DNA from: Planctomycetales bacterium
Lineage (GTDB): Bacteria; 4484-113; JAFGCY01
Length of the DNA stretch: 32,000 bases
Direction of reading: 5' to 3'
NCBI GenBank assembly: GCA_022646745.1
Contig: CP060262.1
Span: forward strand, 2,190,001-2,222,000
Both the position numbers and the translations under genes were made by a program. Below, piece after piece: positions 15,163-26,100 of this stretch. The notes under the pieces are model-generated. The model searched no databases and was not told where the DNA came from. It saw nothing but the letters and a program-made list of their open reading frames with translations. Position 1 is the first letter of the stretch, and each line of letters begins with the position of its first letter.

Positions 15163-15222
15163 ATGAATTCCGTTAAGGAACTGTTAAAGTTCATCTGTAC
15201 TTAACCGACAGCGGAGTGCAGC
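15163..15222. promoter_or_regulatory. 60-bp AT-rich divergent intergenic region between the two S8 genes
   Basis: This is the only non-coding DNA between the divergent starts. It is noticeably AT-rich compared with its flanks and contains GGAAC at 15177-15181. GGAG lies 6 nt before the ATG at 15223. No promoter hexamers are confidently assigned. Confidence 0.35.
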
Positions 15223-17946
15223 ATGAGGGCCAGACTGGCCATGGCAATACTGATCGCACTGCTGGCCGCCTCATGTGGAGGCGGCATGGGCGCTTCGCTG
15301 GTGATGGACGGCCCGGATGGGGAGATCCGGCTGACGGGGGAGAGCGGGGGTTTCGAGGGCTGGCAGCAGTGGCAGCAGATCCTTGAGGATCCGGGTATTG
15401 CCGGTGTTGACTACGACCCGCAGGGAATCACGGTGAACTACAGGAGCGATGCCAGCTTCGAGCTGAGCGGCAGCTTCGCCCCACCTCCGGGGCACCGCGC
15501 GGCGGACTTCCCGAATGCGATGCTCAGGCAGGACAGCCGCTACGAGCAGGTGACGGACCACATCAGTGGCCGCTTCGGGATCCCGATCGAGCAGCAGGTC
15601 TATGCACACGGCGTGCTGATGGCCAGTTTCCGCCTGCCGCTGCTGGTGGACGGGGAACAGGTGATTGAAGGCATCCGCAGCGAGTACCCACTGCAGGTGG
15701 AGGACGTGAGCTTCAGCCGGCTGATCAGCCCGGCGCTCAACCCGAATGACCGATTCTTCGTGCTCAGTGACAACGAAGGCGGCTGGCAGTGGGGGATGTA
15801 CCGCTGCGGCGTGCCAGCGGCCTGGGAGCGCAGCACGGGCGACCCGCAGCTGCTTATCGGCGTGGTGGACAGCGGCTGCTGGCGCGGGCATGAGGAGATC
15901 GGCAGCGGTGTGATTGACCCGCAGCTGGCCTTCCCGCAGGCGAGCTGTGACCTGCTTGACAACGACACTGACGTGAATGATACGGACGGGCATGGCACGG
16001 CGGTATGCAGCGTGATCGCCGCCAACACCGGCAACCTGAGCGGGCTGGCGGCGGTGCTGCCGGGCAGCAGGGTGCTGCCCCTGCGCGTCGGCAGCGGTTC
16101 GGCCACGACTCATGCACGGGTTGTGGCGGGCTGCATGCTGGCGGCGGAACTGGGCTGCCGGATCGTCAACCTGAGCTGGTCCTCGGCCACGCCCAGCCAC
16201 CAGCTGAGCCTGATGGCACAAGCTCTGGACAGCCAGGGCGTGCTGCTGGTGGCGGCGGCTGGCAACAATGGGACGGACGCTGCACGCTGGCCGGCGGCCC
16301 ACAGCCTGGCCTGCGGCGTGGCGGCGAGTGATGCTCAGGACAGCCTGGCGGAGGGAAGCAGTTACGGTGACTGGTGCGACATCAGTGCACCGGGCAGCGG
16401 CTTCAGCGTGCCCGATATCCGCCGCGAGAACCTCTACATTGACAACTCTTCGGGCAGCAGCCTGTCCGCCGCGCTGGCGAGCGGCTGCTTCGGCCTGCTG
16501 TGGTCCATCTCACCCGGCCTCGATCCGGGTTCACTGCGCTCACTGGTTTCGGGGTCCGCGCTGCCACTCAATTCAGGCGGCCCCTCGCGCCTGGACCTGC
16601 CGGCGGCGATGCTGGCAATGGACCAGCCGCAGATCAGCCTGGAGGCGCCGGCCAGCCTGCTGCAGCAGGACTTCCTCACGCTGCAGCCCACGCTGTCCGG
16701 CAGCTTCCGGGCGGTTGAACTGTGGATCGACGGCGAGTACGTGATGAGCCGCAATGAGGCACCCTGGCAGCTGATGGCGGACCTGCGTGAGCTGCCGGCA
16801 GGCCGGCACAGTCTGGAGCTGCGTGCGGTTGCCAGTTCCGGCAGCCAGTATGCCAGTGCCGGTTTCGAATTCCTGCACCAGGCCCCGGCCGTGGCAATGC
16901 CCTGGAGCGCTGGCTTTGAAACGGCTGATGCGGCACGGACTTACAGCCTGGACATCGGCGGCTACCGGCGCGAGTTGCTGGATGGACTGACAACGGTGGC
17001 CGGCATGCAACCGGCGGTGGAATATACCAATGCCGGCGGGCTGGGATGGCAGTCCAAGGCAACGAATGCCTGGCAGGGAGAGCGGGTGAACAGGCTGGCC
17101 TGGGACGGCGGGCAGGACACTGCGCGGATGCTTGCGCAGGTTTCCGAGCCCGTCAGGCTGGTCGGCTATGAACTGCCGACTTTCAGCATGGCCCTGCGCC
17201 AGCAGCTTGGCAATGCTCATGCTGCGCTGCTGATCAGTGCGGATGGTGGCACCAGCTGGCAGGCGCTGGAGGAAGTGAATGGCCTGCCTGTTGTGATCAC
17301 TGGCGACAGCTCCGGCTGGCAGCTAAGGCGCTATGACCTGGCGGGCCATGCCGGCGAGACGGTACTGCTGCTCATGCTGGTGCAGATCGATGCAGGGGAG
17401 CATTCGGCCGGGCAGTACATCGAAATTGACGCACTGGGGATCGCCACCGGATTCCAGCCCAGCCTGCCGGTCGCTGCGGGGGTGTCGCTGGACAGTGCTG
17501 TGATCGGCAGCGTGGCCGGACGCAGCTTCCTCAAGGCCCAGCTGACTGGTACGAAGGATGTGCAGAAGGCGGTCTACTGGCTGGACTGTGAGCCTTACAA
17601 CGTGCAGGGGCCGGAGGACAGCCTTACGGAGGCTGTGATCGGCAGCAGCCTGCCGGGCGTGCTCGGCCTGCCGGCGCTGGATGGCAACCGGCATGCCGTG
17701 CTGCGGGTGGATTACTTCGATGCCAACGGCTCACAGGGTCCGCGCCTCGAGCTGCCGGTCTGGATCTTCAACCAGCGCGGCGATGCCAATGCTGATGGCG
17801 TGGTGGACCTGCTGGACCTGCAGGCCTACGAAGGCCTCTATGGGGCAAGGCAGGGCGAGGACGGCTACGAACCCTTCATGGACTCCGACATGGACGGCGT
17901 GGTCACAGAACTGGACAGCAGTGCCGTGGCCTACAACCTCGACTAG
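15223..17946 (+). CDS. S8 family peptidase paralog, probable lipoprotein, C-terminal dockerin-like repeats
   Basis: Motifs are VVDSG, DGHGTAVCS, AAGNNG and a variant Ser motif GSSLSAALASG (Ser retained, the usual Pro absent). The N-terminus LLAASCGGG is lipobox-like. The propeptide-like region is similar to its neighbour's (ITVNYRSDASF.../QVTDHISGRFGIPIEQQVY). The C-terminus reads GDANADGVVDLLDL...DSDMDGVVTELDSSAV. Confidence 0.8.
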   Translation: MRARLAMAILIALLAASCGGGMGASLVMDGPDGEIRLTGESGGFEGWQQWQQILEDPGIAGVDYDPQGITVNYRSDASFELSGSFAPPPGHRAADFPNAMLRQDSRYEQVTDHISGRFGIPIEQQVYAHGVLMASFRLPLLVDGEQVIEGIRSEYPLQVEDVSFSRLISPALNPNDRFFVLSDNEGGWQWGMYRCGVPAAWERSTGDPQLLIGVVDSGCWRGHEEIGSGVIDPQLAFPQASCDLLDNDTDVNDTDGHGTAVCSVIAANTGNLSGLAAVLPGSRVLPLRVGSGSATTHARVVAGCMLAAELGCRIVNLSWSSATPSHQLSLMAQALDSQGVLLVAAAGNNGTDAARWPAAHSLACGVAASDAQDSLAEGSSYGDWCDISAPGSGFSVPDIRRENLYIDNSSGSSLSAALASGCFGLLWSISPGLDPGSLRSLVSGSALPLNSGGPSRLDLPAAMLAMDQPQISLEAPASLLQQDFLTLQPTLSGSFRAVELWIDGEYVMSRNEAPWQLMADLRELPAGRHSLELRAVASSGSQYASAGFEFLHQAPAVAMPWSAGFETADAARTYSLDIGGYRRELLDGLTTVAGMQPAVEYTNAGGLGWQSKATNAWQGERVNRLAWDGGQDTARMLAQVSEPVRLVGYELPTFSMALRQQLGNAHAALLISADGGTSWQALEEVNGLPVVITGDSSGWQLRRYDLAGHAGETVLLLMLVQIDAGEHSAGQYIEIDALGIATGFQPSLPVAAGVSLDSAVIGSVAGRSFLKAQLTGTKDVQKAVYWLDCEPYNVQGPEDSLTEAVIGSSLPGVLGLPALDGNRHAVLRVDYFDANGSQGPRLELPVWIFNQRGDANADGVVDLLDLQAYEGLYGARQGEDGYEPFMDSDMDGVVTELDSSAVAYNLD

Positions 17947-18263
17947 TCCGCTTCTTCCAGCGGGCGGCCGAGGAAGGCCACTATGTAGGGATGCAGTTCC
18001 GCTGACATCACCCCATTGGCAACCGGCGGGTCGGACTCCATCAGCGCCTGCGCAGCTTCCTCATCAGGTGCGCGCAGCACCACCAGCCCGATCGTGCGCA
18101 TGTCGTCATACTGCGTGCGCCCGGCCAGCACCAGCGTGCCCTCATCCCGCAGGCGGGTGAGGTGTGCCACGTGTTCGCCCAGCACACGCAGCTCGTCCTC
18201 CGTCGGGCCCTCCGTCAGCATCGCCTCGCGCAGCGGGCGCAGGATGTACAGCCATTCCTTCAT
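17943..18263 (-). CDS. YciI family protein
   Basis: The 106-aa ORF shows the YciI-like pattern HVAHLTRLRDEGTLVLAGRT...LRAPDEEAAQALMESDPPVANGV. Its ATG overlaps the cstA stop by 1 nt (TGATG at 18261-18265). Its stop shares the palindromic CTAG at 17943-17946 with the convergent S8 gene. Confidence 0.75.
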   Translation of the reverse strand: MKEWLYILRPLREAMLTEGPTEDELRVLGEHVAHLTRLRDEGTLVLAGRTQYDDMRTIGLVVLRAPDEEAAQALMESDPPVANGVMSAELHPYIVAFLGRPLEEAD

Positions 18264-20110
18264 CAGGCCTCCTGTGCGGCCGCCTGGCCGCTGAGATAGA
18301 TGTCTGCCGGGTCCTCAAGGATCGGCTTGACCTGGCCGGAGCGGATCTGCCACAGGCGGCTGCCGGCGATCCAGACCACCCCGATGCCAAGCAGCATCAA
18401 CAGCGTTGCCAGCAGGCTGACGGAAATCGCGGAGACATCCGGCGGGCTGGCTGACAGTTTCGGCAGGTTGGCTTTCAGGATGTTGTACAGGCTCACCATG
18501 CAGGTCAGCATCATGAACACGGCGGGCAGCAGGGTGAACCACATCGGCCGGGCGCGCACAGCGAGCCAGATGCTGACTGCGGCCAGCGTCAGCGCAGCCA
18601 TCAGCTGGTTGGCGGTGCCGAACACCGGCCAGATGATCTTCCAGCCGTTCGGCACGGCCACTAGCAGCATCGCGATCACACTCAGGCCGGAGTTGAAATA
18701 GCCGTTGGACAACAGCGGCGTCATGTTGCCACTGCGCACGAAGAACCACAGCTCCTCGAACAGGTAACGGTTGAGCCGCACGGCGCTGTCCAGCGTCGTC
18801 ACGAGGAAGCCCTCCACCATCAGCAGGCCGAACACGGTGCCGATGTAGACCGGGATGCCGAGCGTGTTCTGCAGGAACAGCCCGCTGCCGAGCGCGAAGC
18901 TGACGACGGGGTTGCCGCCGCCCCCCTCCGGGAACTGGATCGCCAGCAGCTGGGCATGCCCGAGCCCGGAGGAGATGGCGATGATCACGAGCACGGCCAG
19001 CATCCCCTCGGTCACCATCGCGCCGTAGCCGACGCGCCGGGCATCGCTCTCCTTGTCGCACTGCTTGGACGAGGTGCCGCTGCAGACCAGCGAATGGAAG
19101 CCGCTGATCGCGCCGCAGGCCACGGTGATGAACAGCAGCGGGAACACGAAGCCGAAGCGGGCGTTGCCATCGGCGACGGTCCAGGCCATCGCCGGGTCGG
19201 TCTGGATGCCACGCAGGCCGCCGGCGATGCAGCCCGCGAACAGCAGCGCCATCCCGCCGTAGAGCGTGAACGAGTTGATGAAGTCCCGCGGCTGCAGGAT
19301 CATCCAGACCGGCAGCGCACTGGCCAGCAGCACGTAGACGGAGAGGATTGCCATCCACAGCAGGCGCAGCTGGGCGTCGCTGATGCTGCCGAAACTGACC
19401 GGGTGGTGCATCCCGGCCCAGATACTGCCGGCGGCGACGATCATCGCCAGCAGGCCGAGCAGGCGGTTGTCAAGCTTCGGGTTGCGCAGCAAGAGGCCCA
19501 TCAGCGGGGAGAGCAGGGTGATGATGATCACGCTCGTGGTGGCGATCCCTCCTACGCGCACCTTCTCCACGCCATCAACCATGCTCAGCTGCCAGCCGAA
19601 GGGGTTGTCAGCCGGGAGCTGCAGCAGCGTGGCGCCGACATGGCTGCCGAGCGTCAGCGCCGAGAGATCGAGGAAGGCTGCGGTGACGATCACGATCAGC
19701 ACCAGCGTGAAGCTGATGTAGAGCAGGAAGCCGGCGCGGCCGGTCAGGTTGCCGGTGATCTCGGCGATCGTGCGGCCCTTCTCGCGCAGGCTGATGAACA
19801 TCGAGGTGTAGTCATGCACGGCGCCGATGAAGATCGAACCGAGCACCACCCACAGGAGCGCCGGCCAGAGGCCGTAGACGGCGGCGATGGTCGGGCCGAC
19901 GATCGGGCCGGCGCCGGCAATGGTGGCGTAGTGGTGCGAGAACAGCACCGGGGTACGCGTTGGCACGTAGTCGCGGTCGTCACGCGAGCGGTGGGCGGGG
20001 GTTTCCAGCCGGTCGGTGCTGCGCAGCACGCGGCTGATCCAGCCCGAGTAGATGCGGTAGGCCAGGGTGAAGGCCGCGAGACAGCCGATGAGGATCAGCA
20101 GGACGTTCAT
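18263..20110 (-). CDS. cstA: carbon starvation protein A family transporter
   Basis: A polytopic membrane protein with the CstA N-terminal signature PVLFSHHYATIAGAGPIVGPTIAAVYGLWPALLWVVLGSIFIGAVHDY. The likely start is ATG at 20110 (MNVLLILIG...), because the track start at 20146 is a TTG. Confidence 0.9.
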   Translation of the reverse strand: MNVLLILIGCLAAFTLAYRIYSGWISRVLRSTDRLETPAHRSRDDRDYVPTRTPVLFSHHYATIAGAGPIVGPTIAAVYGLWPALLWVVLGSIFIGAVHDYTSMFISLREKGRTIAEITGNLTGRAGFLLYISFTLVLIVIVTAAFLDLSALTLGSHVGATLLQLPADNPFGWQLSMVDGVEKVRVGGIATTSVIIITLLSPLMGLLLRNPKLDNRLLGLLAMIVAAGSIWAGMHHPVSFGSISDAQLRLLWMAILSVYVLLASALPVWMILQPRDFINSFTLYGGMALLFAGCIAGGLRGIQTDPAMAWTVADGNARFGFVFPLLFITVACGAISGFHSLVCSGTSSKQCDKESDARRVGYGAMVTEGMLAVLVIIAISSGLGHAQLLAIQFPEGGGGNPVVSFALGSGLFLQNTLGIPVYIGTVFGLLMVEGFLVTTLDSAVRLNRYLFEELWFFVRSGNMTPLLSNGYFNSGLSVIAMLLVAVPNGWKIIWPVFGTANQLMAALTLAAVSIWLAVRARPMWFTLLPAVFMMLTCMVSLYNILKANLPKLSASPPDVSAISVSLLATLLMLLGIGVVWIAGSRLWQIRSGQVKPILEDPADIYLSGQAAAQEA

Positions 20111-20184
20111 GGGCGCATCCGTTCCGCCAAGCGTGGCGGAATCCAATTCTAGGGCAATCGCGCCGTGCGCTCAAGGGCGGCCGC

Positions 20185-23100
20185 TCAGGTGCGGCTTTCG
20201 ATCGTGCTGCGGATCAGCTCCGCCAGCTTGCTGGGGACGATCGGCTTGTTGACGAAGTGCGCAATGCCCAGTTCTCCGGCGCTTTCCTCATCGATCAGTT
20301 CGCTGTAGCCGGTGCACAAAAGGATCGGCAGCCCGGGACGCTCGGCCAGGATCCGGCGGCTGAGCTCGTCGCCGGTGATGTGCGGCATGGTCTGGTCGGT
20401 GACGACGATGTCAATCTCCGATCCGTGCTGCTGCCAGTGCTGCCAGGCCTCGCGGCTGTCGGTGAACACCATCGTGCGGTAGCCGAGCCGCGAAAGGCCG
20501 GCATTCAGCATGTGCACGATGCCGGGCTCGTCGTCAACCACCATCACGGTCTCACTGCCACGCAGGTTCTCACGCTTCGGCTCGCCGGCGACCGGCCCCT
20601 GCTCCAACGCCTCGACGGCGGGCAGCAGGATCTGGATCGCCGTGCCCTGGCCGGGTGCGCTGTCAAGGCTGATCCAGCCCCCCATCGAGCGGATGATGCC
20701 GTGCACCGTTGCCAGGCCGAGGCCGGTCCCCTCACCGACGCGCTTGGTGGTGAAGTAGGGGTCGAACACGCGCGCGGCGGTCTGCTGGTCCATGCCGTGG
20801 CCGGTGTCCCGCACCACGAGTGAGACCATCGGGTTGCCGGCGGGCAGTCCGAGCTCCGCGGCGATCGCCTCGCTGCAGGGCTGGTTGCTGCAGCTGATGT
20901 GCAGTTCGCCTCCCCGCTCACGCATCGCGTGGAAGGCGTTGGTGCTGAGGTTCATCAGCACCTGCTGGATCTGCGTCTCGTTGCCAAGCACATGGCGGGT
21001 CTCCCGCAGGTCAGTGACGATGTTGATGGTGCTCGGCAGGCTGCCGCGCAGCAGGCCGACGCTCTCATGCACGATCGCAGGCAGGTCCACCGGTTCACGG
21101 GTCTGCTCGCTCTGGCGGCTGAATGTCAGCATCTGGCGCACCAGCTCAGCGGCACGCTGGCCGGCGGCACGGATCTCCGAGACGCAGGCCAGTGCCTCGC
21201 TGCCATCCTCCAGCTGGTCACTGGCCAGGTCGGCGAAGCCGAGCATCGCCTGCAGGATGTTGTTGAAGTCGTGGGCGATCCCGCCGGCCAGCACACCGAC
21301 CGCCTCCATCTTCTGCGCCTGCTGCAGCTGCAGCTCCATCTGCTTCGTTTCGGTGATGTCCTGGAAGGTGCCGAGTGCACCGATGTAGGCACCCTGTTCG
21401 TCAAACTGCGGGCCGGCGGTGATGCTCAGCCTGCGCCTGGATCCGTCCGGCCGGGCAATGTCAAGCTCGTAGGAAGTTGACATTCCCTTCCTGCGCAATT
21501 CCCGCTGGCGCTGCAGCAATTCGGCATTCTCCTTGTCGTAGGCGAAGTCCCACAACCTGTGGCCGAGGAGCTCAGCTTCGTCCCGGCCAAGTATCCGGCA
21601 GCCGTTTGAGTTGACAAAGACCATCTGGTTTTCATCATCCACAAGGATCATGCCTTCGGCCATCGTGTTGATCAGCTGGCGGTTACGCTTCTCGCTCGCG
21701 GCGAGTGAGTTTTCCATCAGCTTGCGGTCGGTGATGTCCGTCAGCATGCCGACGTAGCCGGTCAGCTCGCCCGAGTTGTCAAGCACGGGGCTGATCTGGG
21801 TGAACACCCAGGCGGTGCGGCCCCTGCTGACAAGGCGCAGTTCCATCTCGAGGCCGGCCTGGTTGAAGATCATCTCCATGCTCGCCTGTGCGGTCCGTTC
21901 ACGGTCCTCGGCATGCACGGCATTGAGGAAGCCTTGGTCCATGCACTGCTCAGCGGTCATGCCGAACAGCTCCTCGGCCCGCGGGTTCATGTAGCGCACA
22001 TTGCCATCGGGGTGCAGGTGGAAGATGCCGACGGGGGACATCTGCATCATCGATGACAGCCGCGTCTCACTGTCAGCCAGTGCCATTGCGGCGCGCCGCT
22101 GCTCGGTGACATCACGGGTGGTGCCCCAGAGCATCACCAGCCTGCCGTCCTCGACGACGCCCTGCGCACTGTTGAGGAAGAAGCGTTCACGTTCACGTTC
22201 CGGGGTGATACGGTCCTCATCGTCAACCATCCGGTACCCGCTGGCCACGAAGCGCTCGAACATCCCGAGCAGTCCGGGGCTTGGCTCCAGCATTGTGGAG
22301 AGCGCCACGCCGACAACCGAGTCCGAGTCCGGATAACCGTAGATGCCGGCAAAGACGTCGTTGCACTCGGCAATCACCAGCCGTTCATGCAACAGGCGCG
22401 CCTGCTCGGCTGGTGGCAGGTCAACCGGGATCGGCGGTTCACATTCATAGCGCCAGATCGCCTCGGAGGAGTTGGCAACGAATTCGCGGTAGCGCAGCTC
22501 GCTCTGCTGCAGGCTTTCACGGGCCTGCATCAGGTCAGTCATTTCGCTGGTGGCCCCCCAGATGCGCATCAGCGCACCGTTGTGCACTGTGCCGCTGATG
22601 TTGCTCATGAAGTAGCGCTCACTGCCATCAACCCCGCTGACCCTGTCCACCGCCTCGCTCAGCGAGTACCCGCTCTGGACGAAACGCCGCATCAGCTCGA
22701 TAGTGTTGTCACCGGATATGCCACTGTTGATCTCCAGGTTCGAGCGGCCGATCAGCTCCTCGGCGCGGGAAAAGCCCCAGGACTGGGCAAACAGGTCATT
22801 GCAGTCCTCGAGGTAGCCATCCTGCAGAATGCGCTGCAGCTGCTCCTCCACCGGCAGGTCGATCGGCACGGCAGTCTCGAAGGCCATGCACCACAGGATC
22901 TGGCTGCTGTTCACGACGAATTCGCGGTAGCGCTGCTCGCTTTCGCGCAGCAGCTCCTCGGCGTGCCTGCGTTCAGTGATGTCCATTTCAGTGCCAAGGG
23001 CCCGCAGCGCACGTCCGTCCGCGCCACGCTCGATGACCTTGCCGCGGGAGAGGGTCCAGATCCAGTGGCCTTCCTTGTGCCGCAGGCGCTGCTCCACCTC

Positions 23101-26100
23101 AAACTGGTCGCTATCGCCATTGATCACGGACTGGATCCGGTCCTGCACATAGCGTCGGTCAGTGGGGTGGATGGTACTGATCCATGTATCAAAGTTCCAG
23201 GTCAGCCCGGATGCGGCATGGCCGAGGATCTGGGCAAAGCGTTCATTGAAGGTCACGCGTCCACTGAGTACGTCGAGGTCCCAGGTGCCCAGCCCACTGG
23301 CATCCAGTGCCAGTTCGTAGCGCTGCTCGCTCTCCTCCAGGCGCTGCATCACGCTCAGGTTGTCAGTCACGTCGCGGCTGGTACCCCAGGTGGCGATGAG
23401 CTGGCCGTCCTCCACCAGGCCGGTGGCCTTGTAGATGTACTTGCGTTCGCTGCCGTCGACATAGCGCACAAGCATCAGGTCATCCTCGGATCGGTATCCG
23501 TTCCGGATGAAGCTGGTCATCATGTCATTGACATGCTGGATGCGGCTGGCGTTGGCAATGTCCAGCAGCGACTGTCCCTTGATCTGCTCGGCCCGTTCAA
23601 GGTCGTAGACCCGGGCCATCAGGTCATTGCACTCCGCCATCCGGCTGGAGGTCGCCATCAGCCGTACCTGTTCCGGCAGTGGCAGGCTGGTCGGGATCGG
23701 CGGGTCGTATTCGATGCGCCAAATGGCCTCCGTGCTGCGTTCCACGAGTTCACGGAAGCGGGCCTCGCTGACCTCAAGTTCACGCTGCAGCTGGATCAGG
23801 CGGGTCATGTCGCGGCATGTGCCCCAGATCGAATGCAGCCTGCCATCGACGACCTTGCCCTCGGAGTTCATCATGTATTCGCGGACCGAACCGTCGCTGT
23901 AGATGTTTGTGACCACCTCATCGAGCAGCACGAAACCCTTGTCTATCAGTTCCCCGGCATCAAAGGTGGTACTTGCCAGCCGGTCATTGCGGATGATCTC
24001 GGTCACGTTCCCGCCGATGATTGACGAGGCCTCCTCAAGGCCGAAGAATTCCGCCATCAGGTCATTGCACTGCCTGAGGATGCCGTGGCGGTGCATCAGG
24101 GCAACCTGTTCCTCGCGCGGCAGGGAGACCGGCACCGGCTCCTCGAAGTCAATGCGCCAGATGGCTTCGGTGCTGCGCTCCGCCAGTTCGCGGAAGCGGG
24201 CCTCGTTGGCAGCCAGGCGCTGTTCAGCCAGTTTGCGCTCGGTCACGTCCATGTGCGTTCCGATTGCACGAAGCGGCCTGCCATCCGCATCGCGCTCGGT
24301 GACGCGGCCCCGGCTCTGGACCCAGATCCAGCTGCCATTCCTGTGCCGGATGCGGTACTCGCTCTCATAGCGGGGGGTTTCCCCATGCACATGGCGGTCA
24401 AACAGCTGGTTCACCCTGTCGACATCCATCGGATGGATCAGGGTGACGAGCTTCTCCACCGTCAGTTCCAGCTCACCGCGGCTGAAGCCCAGCTGCTCCA
24501 GCAGCTTGTCATCCACCTTAACTTCCTCAGTCAGCAGGTCGATGTCCCAGGTGCCGAGCTGTGCACCATCCATTGCCAGTTCGTAGCGCAGTTCCTGCTG
24601 CCGCAGCTGCTCACGCAGGTCGAGGCTGTCTGTCAGGTCGCGGCATGTGCCCCAGATGCGGACCAGCTCTCCGTCCACGAATTCACCGTCCGTGTTGTAG
24701 AGGTACATCCGGCTGCTGCCATCCTCATAGTCGATCTGCAGCAGTTCGTCGCGCATGCGGAAGTCATTGTCAATCAGCACACGGATGCGCAGTGGATTGC
24801 GCACCAGACGGCTGACCTTGTTTATCTCACTGACACGCTTGCCGTGGATCTGCTCAATCGATTCCACGCCGTAGAGCGTCGCCATCTGGTCGTTGCATTC
24901 CACCAGCACGCCACGTTCGGCGAACAGGCGGATCATCTCATCCGGGTTGAGCCCGCGCGGGATCGGTGGCGAGTACTCGATGCACCAGATTCCCTCCTGG
25001 GCCTTGTCAACGAGGCGCCGGAAGCGTTGCTCGCTGAGTTCCAGCTCGGATTGCATCGAAAGCAGTTCTGTTACGTCGCGGCTGGTTCCGCGGGCCTCAA
25101 CCAGCCTGCCGTCCTCGATGACGCCTATGGCATTGTCAAGGTAGGTCCGGCTGCTGCCATCCGGGTAGCTGAGCGTCATGCGCTCCTCACTGAAGCGGTA
25201 CCCGTTGCCGATGAAGCGCTGCGCCCGGTCCAGTGCCATGGACAACCCGCATTCTGACATCAGTTCCCGCACCTTGCGGCCCTTTACCTCGCTGGCTAAT
25301 CGCAGGCCGTACATCTCCGCCATGTGGTCATTGCAGTCGACCAGCACACCATTCTCACGGATCAGGCGGACCTGTTCCTCCAGGGACAGGTCCACGGGGA
25401 CCGGCGGGTCGTAGCTGATGCGCCAGATTGCCTCCGAGGACAGCTCAGTCATCCCGCGGTAGCGCGTCTCGCTGGCCTGCAGCTTCTCCTGGGTGAGGAA
25501 CTCCTCCGTCACGTCCCGGGTGGTGCCTTTCACCGACACCAGGCAGCCATCGACAATCTGGCCGTTGGCATTCTCACGGTGGATCCGGCGCCTGCCATTC
25601 TTCCGGGCCAGGCGGATATCCAAGTTGCGGTACAGGTACCCGCCTTCCACGAAGGTCCGCGCATATCCGCCGCCAATCTCAAGGCCTCCCGCTTCATGCA
25701 GATCCTCCAGCAGGCGGCCTCGCACGTCTGCCGCGGTCTCGCAGCCGTAGTAGGTTGCCATCAGGTCATTGCAGTCGGCAATGCGGCCACTTGCATAGAT
25801 CAGCCGGACCTGCTCATCCAGTGGCAGGTCTGTCGGGATCGGGCTGTCGAACTCGATCCGCCAGATGCCCTCAGAACTCTGTTCGGTGAGTTCACGGTAA
25901 CGCTTCTCGCTGGCAGCGAGGTCCCGCTGCATGTGCAGCTTCTCAGTCACGTCACGGCTGGTGCCCCAGATCATGCGCAGCCGGCCGTCCTGCATGATGC
26001 CGCGCGTGCTGCTGATCAGGGTCAGCTGGTTGCCATCGGCATCCACTGAGTGCTCCTCAACATCATCGGTGCGGTAGCCACTGGTGATGAATGCTCTGAG

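Noticed and set aside
15177-15204. ECF-type promoter (GGAAC ... TCTGT/ACTTAA) in the S8 divergent gap
   Set aside because: The spacing from GGAAC to the only TCTxx-like element is about 12 nt, well short of the 16-18 nt seen in characterised ECF promoters. A single pentamer match is not meaningful.
18315-20152. Alternative-frame and antisense ORFs over cstA (18315-19358 minus, 18956-20152 plus)
   Set aside because: The frame encoding the CstA signature is unambiguous. The others are Arg/Ala/Pro/Gly-rich GC artefacts.
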